From NCBI GenBank assembly GCA_018652595.1, contig JABIBU010000016.1, positions 26,911 to 90,910 on the forward strand: a stretch of 64,000 nt of DNA. Direction: 5' to 3'. Origin of the DNA: Candidatus Magasanikiibacteriota bacterium (GTDB taxonomy: Bacteria; Patescibacteriota; Patescibacteriia; Magasanikbacterales; UBA922). The notes below the pieces were generated by a model. It was not told the DNA's origin. It searched no databases and was given only the letters and a program-made list of their open reading frames with translations. Within the stretch, counting starts at the first letter, position 1. Each line of letters starts with the position of its first letter. Of the stretch, positions 37,132 through 47,470 are shown in pieces. The translations under genes and the position numbers were made by a program.

Positions 37132-39348
37132 TTATTTTTCTAAGTTTTTCAACCCCTCTTCCCAAACTAATAATCCATCAACTTTTTGCACTTCGCTATC
37201 CATAATTTCATTAATTCTACTTACAATCTCAATATCTAAATAATCTTCATATACTACTACACACTTTCCACCGCCGGTTAACCCTTTCATCCTGTGCAAA
37301 TCCTCTACTGCTGGATATTTTGCAAATTTATTAAACATATCAACTCGCTCTGTCTGTCCAAACTGATAATCAATAGGAAAACCACCACCCACAATCTCAC
37401 CCGAACTAACACCCTCCAAAGCTAGTAAAAACCAGGTGTCGCCCAATACGCAACCTGGCTTTTCTACCCAAACTTTTTGAGCAACTTCATACTCATTGAC
37501 TGAAATGACCCTATCGTCCAACCCGCTCGCATATACAAAAGTTCCAAACCAAGAAAATATAATCAAACAAACTACTGTACCAATTCTGACAAATAAATCT
37601 CGTGCTCGCCATCTAACTAGCGATCTTTGTAGCACATAAACTATCAGAACTATCCAGAGAAAAGAAAACATAAGCTCGAGCCTACGAGTAAATAACTTAT
37701 CTCCGGCTAAAATAAACCAACCAATCACATATCCACCAACTACTGTGGAAGTTAAGAATAAAATAAGCAAATGAATTTTATTTTTCTTTTTTAATATTTT
37801 GAAAACACCAAACTTGGATAGCCCAACCATGATTATCATAAATGGAATCAGCCACCAGCGCCAAGTATTAAAAATATTTGAGACAAACGCATAGTCTGGT
37901 GTGTGATTGAACAAAACATTTCCACCTAGAATATCATGTGGTCGAATCATTTGTGCGTAGAAAAACCCGGTAAACCTACCAATAATTTGCTTCAAACCAA
38001 ACCACCATTCAATACTATCTGGAATAAAACTTATTTTACTAACAATCTCGATAATAGGAAAAATAAAGATTGATAAAAATAGTAAACTATATTTTGAAAT
38101 GTTTTTTGGGATTGAAGCTTTTGGAAAATATTTAATTATAATTGAAAACAAAATTGCTAACCAAATCAAAATAAAATAAAGTGAATAGCCAAACAGCATT
38201 AGCACTGCAAAAAATAATGTTAGATTCCTTTGTGTTTTATTACCATCACGCAAATACTGCAACCACAGCATTAGAGCAAACAGAAATGTGATAAAACCAA
38301 GACTAACTGGCAAAGTAAGCCCGCCCCAAGCCTGAAATGGAAATGCAAGAAACATAAACCATGGCAACCACAATCCCCGCCTGACCGAACCAAACAAAAT
38401 CCAACCAAGACGAAACAAAATAAACGGCATACACATTGACCAAAGTATCGGGACAAGCCAGCGATTAACTACAAGTAAATCTACTTGCAAAGTTTGTGAA
38501 AGCAAAACAGAACCACCCCAAAGCTGTCCATAAGTGTACTTGTGTGGCTTTGTAAGGACTTCTGGAATGTCGACTCCCGCTACTTCTACCCACTGGGCGT
38601 CTTCACCGACTAGCACTGGCAAAATCTGTTCTTCTTGCATTAGTATCTTTTCATTTGCCAAATGTCGCCAAACATCTCCACCCCAAGGCATCTGATGTGA
38701 CATTGGGATATATAAGTGAAGTAAAATTGATTGAAAAAGAAAAATAAATAAAATTGTCTTAGTCTTATATTTGGAAAATAAAAATATTCCAGAAAACAAA
38801 GTCAAAACAAAAAATATTAATAAATAATATTCACTAATAGCTTGCCAAGGTGAGCGTAAAATCTCGCTTGATTTACTAATATATAAAAAATAAAAGCCAA
38901 TCACCCATAAAATAAAGTAAGTAATTGGCAAAACAAAAGTTTTTTTGAAAATAACTAGGTTCTCGTCTCTAACATCCAATAAGACTGGTTTTTTTCTTTT
39001 GGAATTTTGGACGAAATAAAAAATTACCAGAGACAAGACAGTGGTCACAGCATATGTGAACCAAACCAAAGACAAACTCAAACGATCAAAAACAATAAAA
39101 ACAGAACTAATAAAACTTAAGAGTAAAAAAACTGACAGATAGGAAAATATTCTCGTCATCCACAAACGCCTACTGAGCCACAAAACCTTTCTATAGACCA
39201 TTTGCCAATACTCACCAACTAATAGCAGATAACTCGCAAATAAAATCCAACCCAACCAAGAATATGACCAAAAATTTAAATTAAAAAATAACAAAATCAA
39301 GACTGATAGTAATCCAATAATTTTTATTTGTTTTTGAAAAAAATTCAT
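37132..39348 (-). CDS. Large polytopic membrane protein (GT-C-like)
   Basis: Many TM segments; GGDVWRH loop motif. Confidence 0.7.
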   Translation of the reverse strand: MNFFQKQIKIIGLLSVLILLFFNLNFWSYSWLGWILFASYLLLVGEYWQMVYRKVLWLSRRLWMTRIFSYLSVFLLLSFISSVFIVFDRLSLSLVWFTYAVTTVLSLVIFYFVQNSKRKKPVLLDVRDENLVIFKKTFVLPITYFILWVIGFYFLYISKSSEILRSPWQAISEYYLLIFFVLTLFSGIFLFSKYKTKTILFIFLFQSILLHLYIPMSHQMPWGGDVWRHLANEKILMQEEQILPVLVGEDAQWVEVAGVDIPEVLTKPHKYTYGQLWGGSVLLSQTLQVDLLVVNRWLVPILWSMCMPFILFRLGWILFGSVRRGLWLPWFMFLAFPFQAWGGLTLPVSLGFITFLFALMLWLQYLRDGNKTQRNLTLFFAVLMLFGYSLYFILIWLAILFSIIIKYFPKASIPKNISKYSLLFLSIFIFPIIEIVSKISFIPDSIEWWFGLKQIIGRFTGFFYAQMIRPHDILGGNVLFNHTPDYAFVSNIFNTWRWWLIPFMIIMVGLSKFGVFKILKKKNKIHLLILFLTSTVVGGYVIGWFILAGDKLFTRRLELMFSFLWIVLIVYVLQRSLVRWRARDLFVRIGTVVCLIIFSWFGTFVYASGLDDRVISVNEYEVAQKVWVEKPGCVLGDTWFLLALEGVSSGEIVGGGFPIDYQFGQTERVDMFNKFAKYPAVEDLHRMKGLTGGGKCVVVYEDYLDIEIVSRINEIMDSEVQKVDGLLVWEEGLKNLEK

Positions 39349-39433
39349 AACACTTGACTTCTTTTATTTTTAATGGTAAAAATTAGTAAACAGCTCTTTG
39401 AACATTAACCTTTTTATAGAAGGAAAACATACG

Positions 39434-40168
39434 ATGGAAGAAACTAAGACCAATGACCCTCTCTCGTTTTTGATCAACACCTTCAACCTGATATATGGAG
39501 GACTCAGGTGGTTCTTTGCACCCGCAGTACCCTACCTATTCCCTCGTCGCAAGCTACCTCTCTGGATGACTCGCGGACGACATGTAGAGGTAATTACCGC
39601 AAACCAGATTACAGTGTTCAGAACCGCCATGGTAATCCCGATCTCTATGCTGGTCTACCATCACCACTACAAAACTGCATTTATTACCTTCGTTATTGCC
39701 GCTGTACTAGACTTTGTCGATGGCCTGGTCGCCACCGTACACCGACGACTTGGCTTCCAAGACAGCTCAGACCTGGGAAAATTCTTAGATGCATTCTGCG
39801 ACAAAATCTTCTACATCCTGACACTAAGCCTCGTTCTACTCTCTAGTAGATACGAAACAATGGGTCAATGGGCAATCGCCGCGCTGGTCATTGTCTCACT
39901 TCTAAGCATGGGCTGCGAAGTCTGGTTAGCGGTAGTCAGAGTCGAGGACTACTACTACAACAAGCTCAACGGCGCAAGCGGTGCCAGAGAGCTGAAAGCG
40001 AAAGGAGCTGGCAAGCTCAAGTTCGCACTCGAGATGGTTGGTGTCGGCGGCCTTTACCTATCGCTCCCCTCCTCCAATCATTGGAGCTTCTATGTGGGGT
40101 TTGCGTGCCTCATCTGCTCCTTCCCCTTCGCTGTGGCCAGCCTGAAGCAGAAACTTCAGCAACGCTAG
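39434..40168 (+). CDS. CDP-alcohol phosphatidyltransferase family (GC-rich copy)
   Basis: TANQIT, D..DG..A and G..LD..CDK motifs; ATG at 39434. Confidence 0.82.
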   Translation: MEETKTNDPLSFLINTFNLIYGGLRWFFAPAVPYLFPRRKLPLWMTRGRHVEVITANQITVFRTAMVIPISMLVYHHHYKTAFITFVIAAVLDFVDGLVATVHRRLGFQDSSDLGKFLDAFCDKIFYILTLSLVLLSSRYETMGQWAIAALVIVSLLSMGCEVWLAVVRVEDYYYNKLNGASGARELKAKGAGKLKFALEMVGVGGLYLSLPSSNHWSFYVGFACLICSFPFAVASLKQKLQQR

Positions 40169-40292
40169 CCCACCCACCCTATAACCCCGCCTCGTTCACA
40201 GCCATCCTGGCTGAGTCTATCGAAGCGCGGGTTTTCCTTTTTCTAAGGATATTATTGCATTTTCTTAATATAAATTCAAGTTTGTTTATAAG

Positions 40293-40434
40293 TTCCCCTC
40301 TCCTTTATAAGGAGAGGGGCTAGGGGTGAGGTCTCACAGAAGCAACGTAATATCTTCACTGTAAAACCCTACTCCCACGCTCATTTTAACCTCATCCTGT
40401 CCTTCTCCTTGTTAAGGAGAAGGAACGTTCTAAG
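40293..40434. repeat. REPIN-like pair of CCCCTCTCCTT-n-AAGGAGAGGG palindromes
   Basis: Two inverted units; 40384-40434 matches 52764-52814 at 50 of 51 bases. Confidence 0.85.
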
Positions 40435-40518
40435 ATTTTTATTAATAATTTGTTATGTAACAAAAAAACCACCATAAAGTGATTCAAAGCCTAATACCTA
40501 ACCCACCTAAACACCTAA

Positions 40519-41145
40519 TCAAATCCCCTGTGCAAACAAACTAACAATAGCAAATCCAATTGCTAGGCCAAATACCCAAGCTGCTGCAGTGAGTAAGTAA
40601 GGAATTTGCCAAACTAAAGCAAACAATGTTAAACAAACAGCAAAAACTTGCAAAATCATTTTTATCTTTCCCCACCCATTAGCCATCTTTACTTTCTTAA
40701 ACTTATAACTAGCAATAAGAGCTGTAATTATAAATACTATTTCCAAGCCCAAAATAACAAAACCTAACCAAAAATTAAAATACTTAAAAACCAGAATCAA
40801 AACCATTGAACCAATCAAGAGCTTGTCAGCCAGTGGATCAAACATCATTCCAAATCTAGTAATTTGATTTCTAGTTCTAGCCATCGAACCATCCAGAGCG
40901 TCCGTAAATGCAACCAAAACAAAACACAAAACACCCAACTTGTAGTGCCCATACAAAATTATAAGAAAAACTACCGGAGTTGCAAAAACACGAAAGGCTG
41001 TTACACGATTTGGCGTAAATATCTTTTTTGGTAAAAGCTTTAAAAACGTCCTGGCTAGCCAATGATCATGCGGATGCACCTCATCTGCTGAGAGATAAGT
41101 AAACAAATCTGGGTGTTTTTTTACAAAGTACTTGATTCTTCCCAT
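40519..41145 (-). CDS. CDP-alcohol phosphatidyltransferase (PgsA-like)
   Basis: TPN.VT, DALDGSMAR, FG..FDPLADK and GKIK motifs. Confidence 0.9.
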   Translation of the reverse strand: MGRIKYFVKKHPDLFTYLSADEVHPHDHWLARTFLKLLPKKIFTPNRVTAFRVFATPVVFLIILYGHYKLGVLCFVLVAFTDALDGSMARTRNQITRFGMMFDPLADKLLIGSMVLILVFKYFNFWLGFVILGLEIVFIITALIASYKFKKVKMANGWGKIKMILQVFAVCLTLFALVWQIPYLLTAAAWVFGLAIGFAIVSLFAQGI

Positions 41146-41169
41146 ATATTTGGTAAAATAGAGTATAGT

Positions 41170-43305
41170 ATGAATAACAAACTCCTCTTTAACGGAAAGT
41201 ATATCATCTTTGGAACGTTTTTGACAACATTAGCGCTGTTTTCATTGTGGAGCAATACCTCATCTTGGTGGCAAATACTAGTAAGTCTTTTTTATTTTGG
41301 ATTTTTTGGTATTTATCTTGGAGGTTGGTTTTTAAATAAGGAAAGAAAAATCTGGCAACTAGTTTTTGGTGTGATATCCTTATTTGGATTATTAATAATA
41401 GTTCTATCTGGCATATATTGGTTTTATAGGATCGATAAGGAAATAATCGCTTTTGTTTTGGTGCTTTTGCCAATACTTATATCTCTGCAAAAAAACAAAG
41501 AACTAGAACTCTTTGATGATGTCACAAAGATCGATCTAGAAGCATACAGCTATATCAAATCGCATTTGGGGACCAAGATTCTAGGCCTAATTGTTTTTGG
41601 TGGGCAAGCACTACTATTTTATACTTTATTTACAAAAAGATTCACTGATACACTGATATCTCCCTGGACAATTATTGGACCTAAATTTTTCTTGGTATTT
41701 TTTATTACTTCGATACTACTCCTATGGGTGGTACAGAAATCCAAACACACCCTATCAAACTTATTACTCATAGTAATCCACACTTCTCTAATTTTAAATG
41801 TTGCACTAATAATTTTTAAAATTGGTTTTGGTTTTGACCCATTCATTCATCAGGCTACCGAAAAATGGATATCTGAAAATGGCTTTATCTTACCAAAACA
41901 ACCTTACTATATAGGGCAATACATGCTAATAGTCGCTCTAAATTTTATTACCAAAATTAGCATAACATCATTAGATAAATCACTGGTGCCTGTTTTATCT
42001 GGAATAATTACTCCGCTCGTAGCTTATTTTGGACTATCAAAAATTAATTTGAGACACAAGCTTATTCCAGCATTAGCCCTAGTTCCCCTACTGCCAATGT
42101 CATTTTTTATAATGACCACACCAAATAATCTAGCGCTTCTACTCAGTCTTGTGATTGTATTTTGGATCTGGTACGAAATAAAAAATAATAACAACAAAAC
42201 AAATTTGTTTGGACTAATACTAGTGTTCACAACTATTTGCATTCATCCTCTGGTTGGGTTGCCTTTGTTTTTCATTTATACAGGTTCAATACTATACAAA
42301 AAAACAAAATTTAAAATATTTTTTTACTCTCTTTACACAACAATACTAACCCTAATACTGCCTCTTACTTTTTATTTAAATGCGAAAAGACTAGGGCAGG
42401 ATACTAATTTTGGTAATCCCCTAAGAGGTCTTGATGGTTTTTGGTCACTATTTGCCCGACCACACTACTACTGGATAGACAAAGGTGATTGGTTTTGGAG
42501 ATCGCTTTATTACTATCGCGATGCTATAGTGCCACTATTTATTATCGTTGCAATGCTCGGAATATTTTTTGCTACCAGAAAATATAAAATCAAACAAACC
42601 TATTTTTTTGTTACAACCATAGTTGGTTTGTTTATTTCAGCTTTTATACTATCGGCTAGTCTAAATTTTACTGATGTAATTTTTTATGAACAAGGGAGTT
42701 ATGCTGGACGAATGCTAACAATGATCTTGATAATTTTATTACCATTTTTTATTATAAGCCTTCGAGAATTATTTATTTTTGTAAAAAAACAACCAACAAA
42801 ACAATTTGGTCTGGCTATTATCTTTTCTGCACTACTACTAGTATCTTGGTATTTTACTTATCCTACTCGCGATCAAGTTTCTTATCATACTGGCCACAGT
42901 GTTAGATCGGCCGACATTACTACGGTGCACTTTATAGATAATTTGAACAAAGGAAAGAAAGATTATATAGTACTCACCAATCAATTGGTCTCAGCTGCAG
43001 CTCTTAGGGAATTTAGTTTTGTGAACTATCTAAAAACTCCAGCTGGCGAACAATATTTTTACTCGGTCCCAACTGGTGGACCGCTGTATCAATACTTCCG
43101 CAAGATGGTATATCAAGAACCAAAACGACAGTGGATGGAACAAGCCATGAATTTTGCGGGTGTAAAAAAAGCCTACTTTGTACACACCAACTACTGGGCC
43201 CCAGCCGGTGAAATTCGTGACGCAGCAAAACTAGAATCTGACAACTGGTGGGAATTGGAAAATGGCAGAGTTTGGGTTTATGAATATCTGCTTAATGCAA
43301 AATGA
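41170..43305 (+). CDS. Large polytopic membrane protein (GT-C-like)
   Basis: Many TM segments; GFDPFIH loop motif; ATG at 41170. Confidence 0.7.
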   Translation: MNNKLLFNGKYIIFGTFLTTLALFSLWSNTSSWWQILVSLFYFGFFGIYLGGWFLNKERKIWQLVFGVISLFGLLIIVLSGIYWFYRIDKEIIAFVLVLLPILISLQKNKELELFDDVTKIDLEAYSYIKSHLGTKILGLIVFGGQALLFYTLFTKRFTDTLISPWTIIGPKFFLVFFITSILLLWVVQKSKHTLSNLLLIVIHTSLILNVALIIFKIGFGFDPFIHQATEKWISENGFILPKQPYYIGQYMLIVALNFITKISITSLDKSLVPVLSGIITPLVAYFGLSKINLRHKLIPALALVPLLPMSFFIMTTPNNLALLLSLVIVFWIWYEIKNNNNKTNLFGLILVFTTICIHPLVGLPLFFIYTGSILYKKTKFKIFFYSLYTTILTLILPLTFYLNAKRLGQDTNFGNPLRGLDGFWSLFARPHYYWIDKGDWFWRSLYYYRDAIVPLFIIVAMLGIFFATRKYKIKQTYFFVTTIVGLFISAFILSASLNFTDVIFYEQGSYAGRMLTMILIILLPFFIISLRELFIFVKKQPTKQFGLAIIFSALLLVSWYFTYPTRDQVSYHTGHSVRSADITTVHFIDNLNKGKKDYIVLTNQLVSAAALREFSFVNYLKTPAGEQYFYSVPTGGPLYQYFRKMVYQEPKRQWMEQAMNFAGVKKAYFVHTNYWAPAGEIRDAAKLESDNWWELENGRVWVYEYLLNAK

Positions 43306-43320
43306 TAAATTTAATACAAA

Positions 43321-43357
43321 AAAATAGAGACGTACCATTGCACGTCTCTATTTTTTT
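43321..43357. terminator. Bidirectional terminator built on a TAGAGACG REP-like palindrome
   Basis: TAGAGACGT/ACGTCTCTA with A and T tracts between convergent genes. Confidence 0.7.
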
Positions 43358-43371
43358 GTATTTTTGTTTAT

Positions 43372-44442
43372 TTAAATTTTACCAACCAATTCTTCGATAT
43401 TACCCGGCTCCACCAAAATATCATCCTCACAAACAATCTCCCTCACCCCACCGGTGTCACTCGCGATTACTTTCAAACCATGTTCATGTGCTTCATGAAT
43501 AACGGTTGGATTATTCTCTATACAAATTGAAGGAAAAATTAAAGTACTGCATTTTTTATAAATACTTTCCAAATCTTCTCCTTCTAATCTACCATAAACT
43601 TTTACATTATTCTTATTATACGCCCAGCTCTCCAATTCTTCTCGCAAAACCCCATCACCAGCAATATGGAATTCTTTATCACCACCAACCTTATCCCATG
43701 CCTGCATCAAAATACGAATGCCTTTGTGTTTCACTAACGATCCTACGAATAAATATTTTTGATTTGGCACATCTTGCCTTCGTTGTACTGAACAGGCATG
43801 CCTGTTCCCTACCACCACATTCCATTCTGCATTTTTAAAAAACCCTCTCTCTTCATAAAACTTCTTCAAAAATCTTGAAGGTGAAATCACATCACCGACT
43901 CCTATAAATTTCCTCTTCATAATCCCCGAATATATTCTCTGCCAAACATTATCCTTCTCATGATTCCACGGCAATACCCCACTAGGCTCCACCAACTGAA
44001 CATCGTGCAGATAATGAATCCATTTCCCTGTGAACTCCGAACTGTGAACTCTCCCCGAAGAGAGATGCCCTGTGGGTACGAACTCATACCCAATCCCCAT
44101 CAAATTATGTGTCTCCACTACATCTGGTTTTTCTTCTACCAAAATCTCTTCAATAGCTTTCGGTTTTTTAAAAATGTCTATAAAATGCCAAATTAATTTC
44201 AAAACAAATCCGTGCTTACTCAGATCTTTATAGTAAAAAATATTTGGTATCCAAACTCTATATACTGTAATACCATTTTCATTATTTTTTTCTATTTTGG
44301 GATTCTTGTCAGCTTTAGTTGTAATTACAATAACACTATCCCCTTTTTTCTTGTATTCCAAAGCTCGAGCTTGAACTACTATTTCAGCTCCACCAACAGC
44401 GTTATCCCCGTATAAATTATTTATTAAGCAGACTTTAGCCAT
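43372..44442 (-). CDS. Glycosyltransferase family 4
   Basis: GGAE, HD, KGI and ENNPTVIHEA motifs. Confidence 0.88.
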   Translation of the reverse strand: MAKVCLINNLYGDNAVGGAEIVVQARALEYKKKGDSVIVITTKADKNPKIEKNNENGITVYRVWIPNIFYYKDLSKHGFVLKLIWHFIDIFKKPKAIEEILVEEKPDVVETHNLMGIGYEFVPTGHLSSGRVHSSEFTGKWIHYLHDVQLVEPSGVLPWNHEKDNVWQRIYSGIMKRKFIGVGDVISPSRFLKKFYEERGFFKNAEWNVVVGNRHACSVQRRQDVPNQKYLFVGSLVKHKGIRILMQAWDKVGGDKEFHIAGDGVLREELESWAYNKNNVKVYGRLEGEDLESIYKKCSTLIFPSICIENNPTVIHEAHEHGLKVIASDTGGVREIVCEDDILVEPGNIEELVGKI

Positions 44443-44562
44443 ATATTTATATATACAGTATAGACGAACTAACTATTTAATTCAATATCCCCAGTTTCCC
44501 CACATTTTATTAAGTTTTTGGTATTGATAAAAAACTTCATATAAGCTAATATACCTACACTT

Positions 44563-46008
44563 ATGGCGAATATTAACGAACTACAGAAAATTCCTCCACA
44601 AAATCTGGAAGCAGAGATGTCTCTTTTGGGTTCTGTTTTGATTGACAAAGACGCAATGATAAAAATTGCTGACGAGGTAGATGAAGATGATTTTTATAAA
44701 AATTCTCACAGGACAATTTTTGAGACTGTAACAGAAATTTATAATAAAAATGAACCAGTCGATGTACTAACAATAGGAAATAGATTGGAAGAAAAAGGAG
44801 TTTTAGAAAAAATTGGGGGCAGAAGCTATCTGACAAGCCTATCAAATACAGTCCCAACTTCTTCTCACATTGAACAGTATGCGAAGATTGTTCGTCGCAA
44901 ATCTACACTCCGAAAACTACTATCAGCTGCCACAGAAATCACCAAGCTAGGATATAAAGAAGAGGCAGATGATGTGGAAGGGTTATTGGACCAAGCCCAA
45001 CAAGAACTGTACGGCGTAACTGAAAAACACCTAAAACAAACTTTTACTCCGATTAGGAGTGTATTGAGCAATGCCTTCGAAAGAATCGATGAATTACACA
45101 GAGAAAAAGGTAAGTTACGCGGTGTTTCCACTGGTTTCAAACAGCTGGACAACTTACTAGCCGGACTTCAAAATTCTGATCTGGTCATTCTTGCAGCTCG
45201 TCCTTCTGTTGGTAAGACCTCTCTAGCGTTAGATATTGCCCGCCATGCCGGGGTTAGAGGCAATGTCGCTGTAGGACTATTCTCACTTGAGATGAGCAAG
45301 GAACAATTGGTAGACAGGATGCTTTGTGCAGAAGCAGATGTAGATTTGTGGAAGATGAGAACTGGAAATTTGTCTGACAGACCCGATAGTCAAGATTTTC
45401 CACGTATTGGACATGCCATGGGAGTGCTATCCGAAGCACCAATATATATTGATGACAGCCCAGGAAACAATGTAATGCAAATAAAAACCAAAGCTCGTCG
45501 TCTGAAAGCAGAACATGGATTGGGCCTAATAATAGTAGATTACTTACAACTAATGGATTCACATAATAAACGTAATTCTGACAATCGTGTTCAAGAAGTT
45601 GCAGAGATGAGTAGAAATTTGAAAGGGATTGCTCGTGAACTAGATGTTCCTGTTCTGGCCCTGTCTCAATTGTCTCGCTCAGTAGAATCCAGAAAACCTG
45701 CCATACCAAAATTATCTGACTTGCGTGACTCTGGCTCTATTGAGCAGGATGCTGATGTGGTTATGTTTATTTATCGTAAATCTTCTGATAGAAACTACCG
45801 CGAAGAAGATATACCACCAGATGAATTAAATATTGGTGAAATTCATGTTGCCAAACATAGAAACGGCCCGACTGGTGTAGTAAAACTATTCTTTGACGGT
45901 ACCAGAGCTAGTTATAAAAATCTGGACACACAATTCGAAAATCCACCACCAATACCACAACAACCGGCCACAAATAAACCAAACGAACCAAAAGTCCCAG
46001 CATTTTAA
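44563..46008 (+). CDS. dnaB: Replicative DNA helicase
   Basis: ARPSVGKT, SLEM, DYLQL, SQLSR and LRDSGSIEQDAD motifs. Confidence 0.98.
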   Translation: MANINELQKIPPQNLEAEMSLLGSVLIDKDAMIKIADEVDEDDFYKNSHRTIFETVTEIYNKNEPVDVLTIGNRLEEKGVLEKIGGRSYLTSLSNTVPTSSHIEQYAKIVRRKSTLRKLLSAATEITKLGYKEEADDVEGLLDQAQQELYGVTEKHLKQTFTPIRSVLSNAFERIDELHREKGKLRGVSTGFKQLDNLLAGLQNSDLVILAARPSVGKTSLALDIARHAGVRGNVAVGLFSLEMSKEQLVDRMLCAEADVDLWKMRTGNLSDRPDSQDFPRIGHAMGVLSEAPIYIDDSPGNNVMQIKTKARRLKAEHGLGLIIVDYLQLMDSHNKRNSDNRVQEVAEMSRNLKGIARELDVPVLALSQLSRSVESRKPAIPKLSDLRDSGSIEQDADVVMFIYRKSSDRNYREEDIPPDELNIGEIHVAKHRNGPTGVVKLFFDGTRASYKNLDTQFENPPPIPQQPATNKPNEPKVPAF

Positions 46009-46020
46009 ACAAAATAATTT

Positions 46021-46066
46021 AAGCCTTTCAAGCTTCTCAGGCTTCTCAGGCATTTTAAGCATTTTA
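46021..46066. repeat. Degenerate 9-bp tandem array (AAGCYTTTC family)
   Basis: aagcctttc aagcttctc aggcttctc aggcatttt aagcatttt. Confidence 0.75.
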
Positions 46067-46069
46067 TTT

Positions 46070-46366
46070 ATGTTCAACAAGCTAAAGCAGTTCAAAGACA
46101 TCCGCGACCAAGCCAAAGACATGCAAAACAAACTAGCAGAAGAAAGCGCCAATGCTGAAAGTGGTGGAGTATCTCTTACTATGGATGGTAATTTGAAACT
46201 TACAAAAGTAAATGTTAGCCCAGAATTACTCAACCCAGACAAAAAAGCCAAGTTAGAAAAAGCTTTTCGAGATGCTCACGATGACGTAAGTAAAAAAATC
46301 CAAAAAATAATGGCTACCAAAATGAGAGAAATGGGTGGCATGCCAAATATTCCTGGGCTAAGTTAA
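46070..46366 (+). CDS. YbaB/EbfC nucleoid-associated protein
   Basis: QAK.MQ..L and GGV...MDG; upstream of recR. Confidence 0.88.
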   Translation: MFNKLKQFKDIRDQAKDMQNKLAEESANAESGGVSLTMDGNLKLTKVNVSPELLNPDKKAKLEKAFRDAHDDVSKKIQKIMATKMREMGGMPNIPGLS

Positions 46367-46370
46367 ATAA

Positions 46371-46964
46371 ATGTATTCCAAACCAATAGATGAATTAATA
46401 CAAGCCTTTTCGCGACTACCATCGGTTGGTGAGAGAACCGCCGAAAGGTTTGTTTTTTATTTATTAAAATCTGGCAAAAAAGACGTGGCAGAGATGACCT
46501 TGTCACTAAAAAACCTAATAGAAGAGATCAAAAGTTGTGAAGTTTGCTGGGATTTTACCGACGAATCCCCCTGTTCTATTTGTGCTGATGAAAAACGAGA
46601 CAAATCTACAATTTGTATAGTTCAAGAACCACAAAACTTACAAGCAATAGAAAAAACTGGGGATTACAATGGTCTATACCATGTCTTACGTGGCACATTG
46701 AAACCTGGCCATGATCTAGTGCCGAGGTATTTGAAAATAAATGAATTATTATCACGCGTAAAAAAACCAGAAACAAAAGAAGTAATTCTTGCACTCAATC
46801 CTGATTTGAACGGAGAAACAACTATGATGTTTTTGGAAAAAAGAATAAAAGATACCAATCCACAAGTAAAAGTCTCCCGCCTGGCTCGAGGACTCGCCAT
46901 GGGCAGTGATTTACAATATGCTGATGAAATTACTCTGGGAAGCGCACTAAAAAATAGAATTTGA
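46371..46964 (+). CDS. recR: Recombination mediator RecR
   Basis: LPSVGERTA, C4 zinc finger, YHVL and YADEITL motifs. Confidence 0.96.
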   Translation: MYSKPIDELIQAFSRLPSVGERTAERFVFYLLKSGKKDVAEMTLSLKNLIEEIKSCEVCWDFTDESPCSICADEKRDKSTICIVQEPQNLQAIEKTGDYNGLYHVLRGTLKPGHDLVPRYLKINELLSRVKKPETKEVILALNPDLNGETTMMFLEKRIKDTNPQVKVSRLARGLAMGSDLQYADEITLGSALKNRI

Positions 46965-46977
46965 AAAAAACCCAAAC

Positions 46978-47002
46978 AAAAACCCGCATTACAGCGGGTT
47001 TT
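46978..47002. terminator. Bidirectional terminator
   Basis: AAAACCCGC/GCGGGTTTT. Confidence 0.7.
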
Positions 47003-47042
47003 ATAATCTGTATAATCTTTCGAAATCCGTGTAATCAGTGTT

Positions 47043-47357
47043 TTATTTTACTTCCTTTATCTTGATCTTGGTCTTGTGTTGACGGTGTCCTATAACACGT
47101 TTATAACGCACTTTTCTTTTGAATTTTACTACGCGAATCTTTTTATCGCGAGTTTGTTCTTCGACAGTAGCAGCAATACTAACGCCGTCTAAATATGGAG
47201 TGCCGATTTTGACATCTGTACCATCTTCTTTAGCCAAAAGAAGAACTTTATCAAAAACAACGTCTTTTCCAGCTTCAACGTCAAGCTTTTCTACTTTCAA
47301 AGTATCTCCGGTTTTGATCAAATATTGCTTTCCACCGGTTTCAATGACTGCAAACAT
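47043..47357 (-). CDS. rplU: 50S ribosomal protein L21
   Basis: TGGKQY, IGTPY and GHRQ motifs. Confidence 0.97.
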   Translation of the reverse strand: MFAVIETGGKQYLIKTGDTLKVEKLDVEAGKDVVFDKVLLLAKEDGTDVKIGTPYLDGVSIAATVEEQTRDKKIRVVKFKRKVRYKRVIGHRQHKTKIKIKEVK

Positions 47358-47427
47358 AATTTTATATTTTATATTTTAGTTATTAGAGCTTGACCCAAAG
47401 GGAAGTCGAATCAATCTAAGTGGCAAT

Positions 47428-47456
47428 ATTATATAATAAATAACTTTTTTTGTCAA
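47428..47456 (-). promoter_or_regulatory. sigma70 consensus promoter of rplU
   Basis: TTGACA-N17-TATAAT. Confidence 0.78.
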
Positions 47457-47470
47457 TAGTACAGCAATAA

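Noticed and set aside
44487-44503. MraZ-like CCCCA boxes upstream of dnaB
   Set aside because: Only two units with 9-bp spacing; too weak
46021-46066. CRISPR-like array (also 30857, 53177, 59650, 61347)
   Set aside because: Units are 7-10 bp, degenerate and lack spacers; no cas genes
45893-46069. N-terminal extensions in the ORF track (ybaB; likewise 5844-5936, 30857-30916, 36047-36181, 53173-53232)
   Set aside because: They translate intergenic repeats or overlap neighbours; downstream ATGs fit family starts
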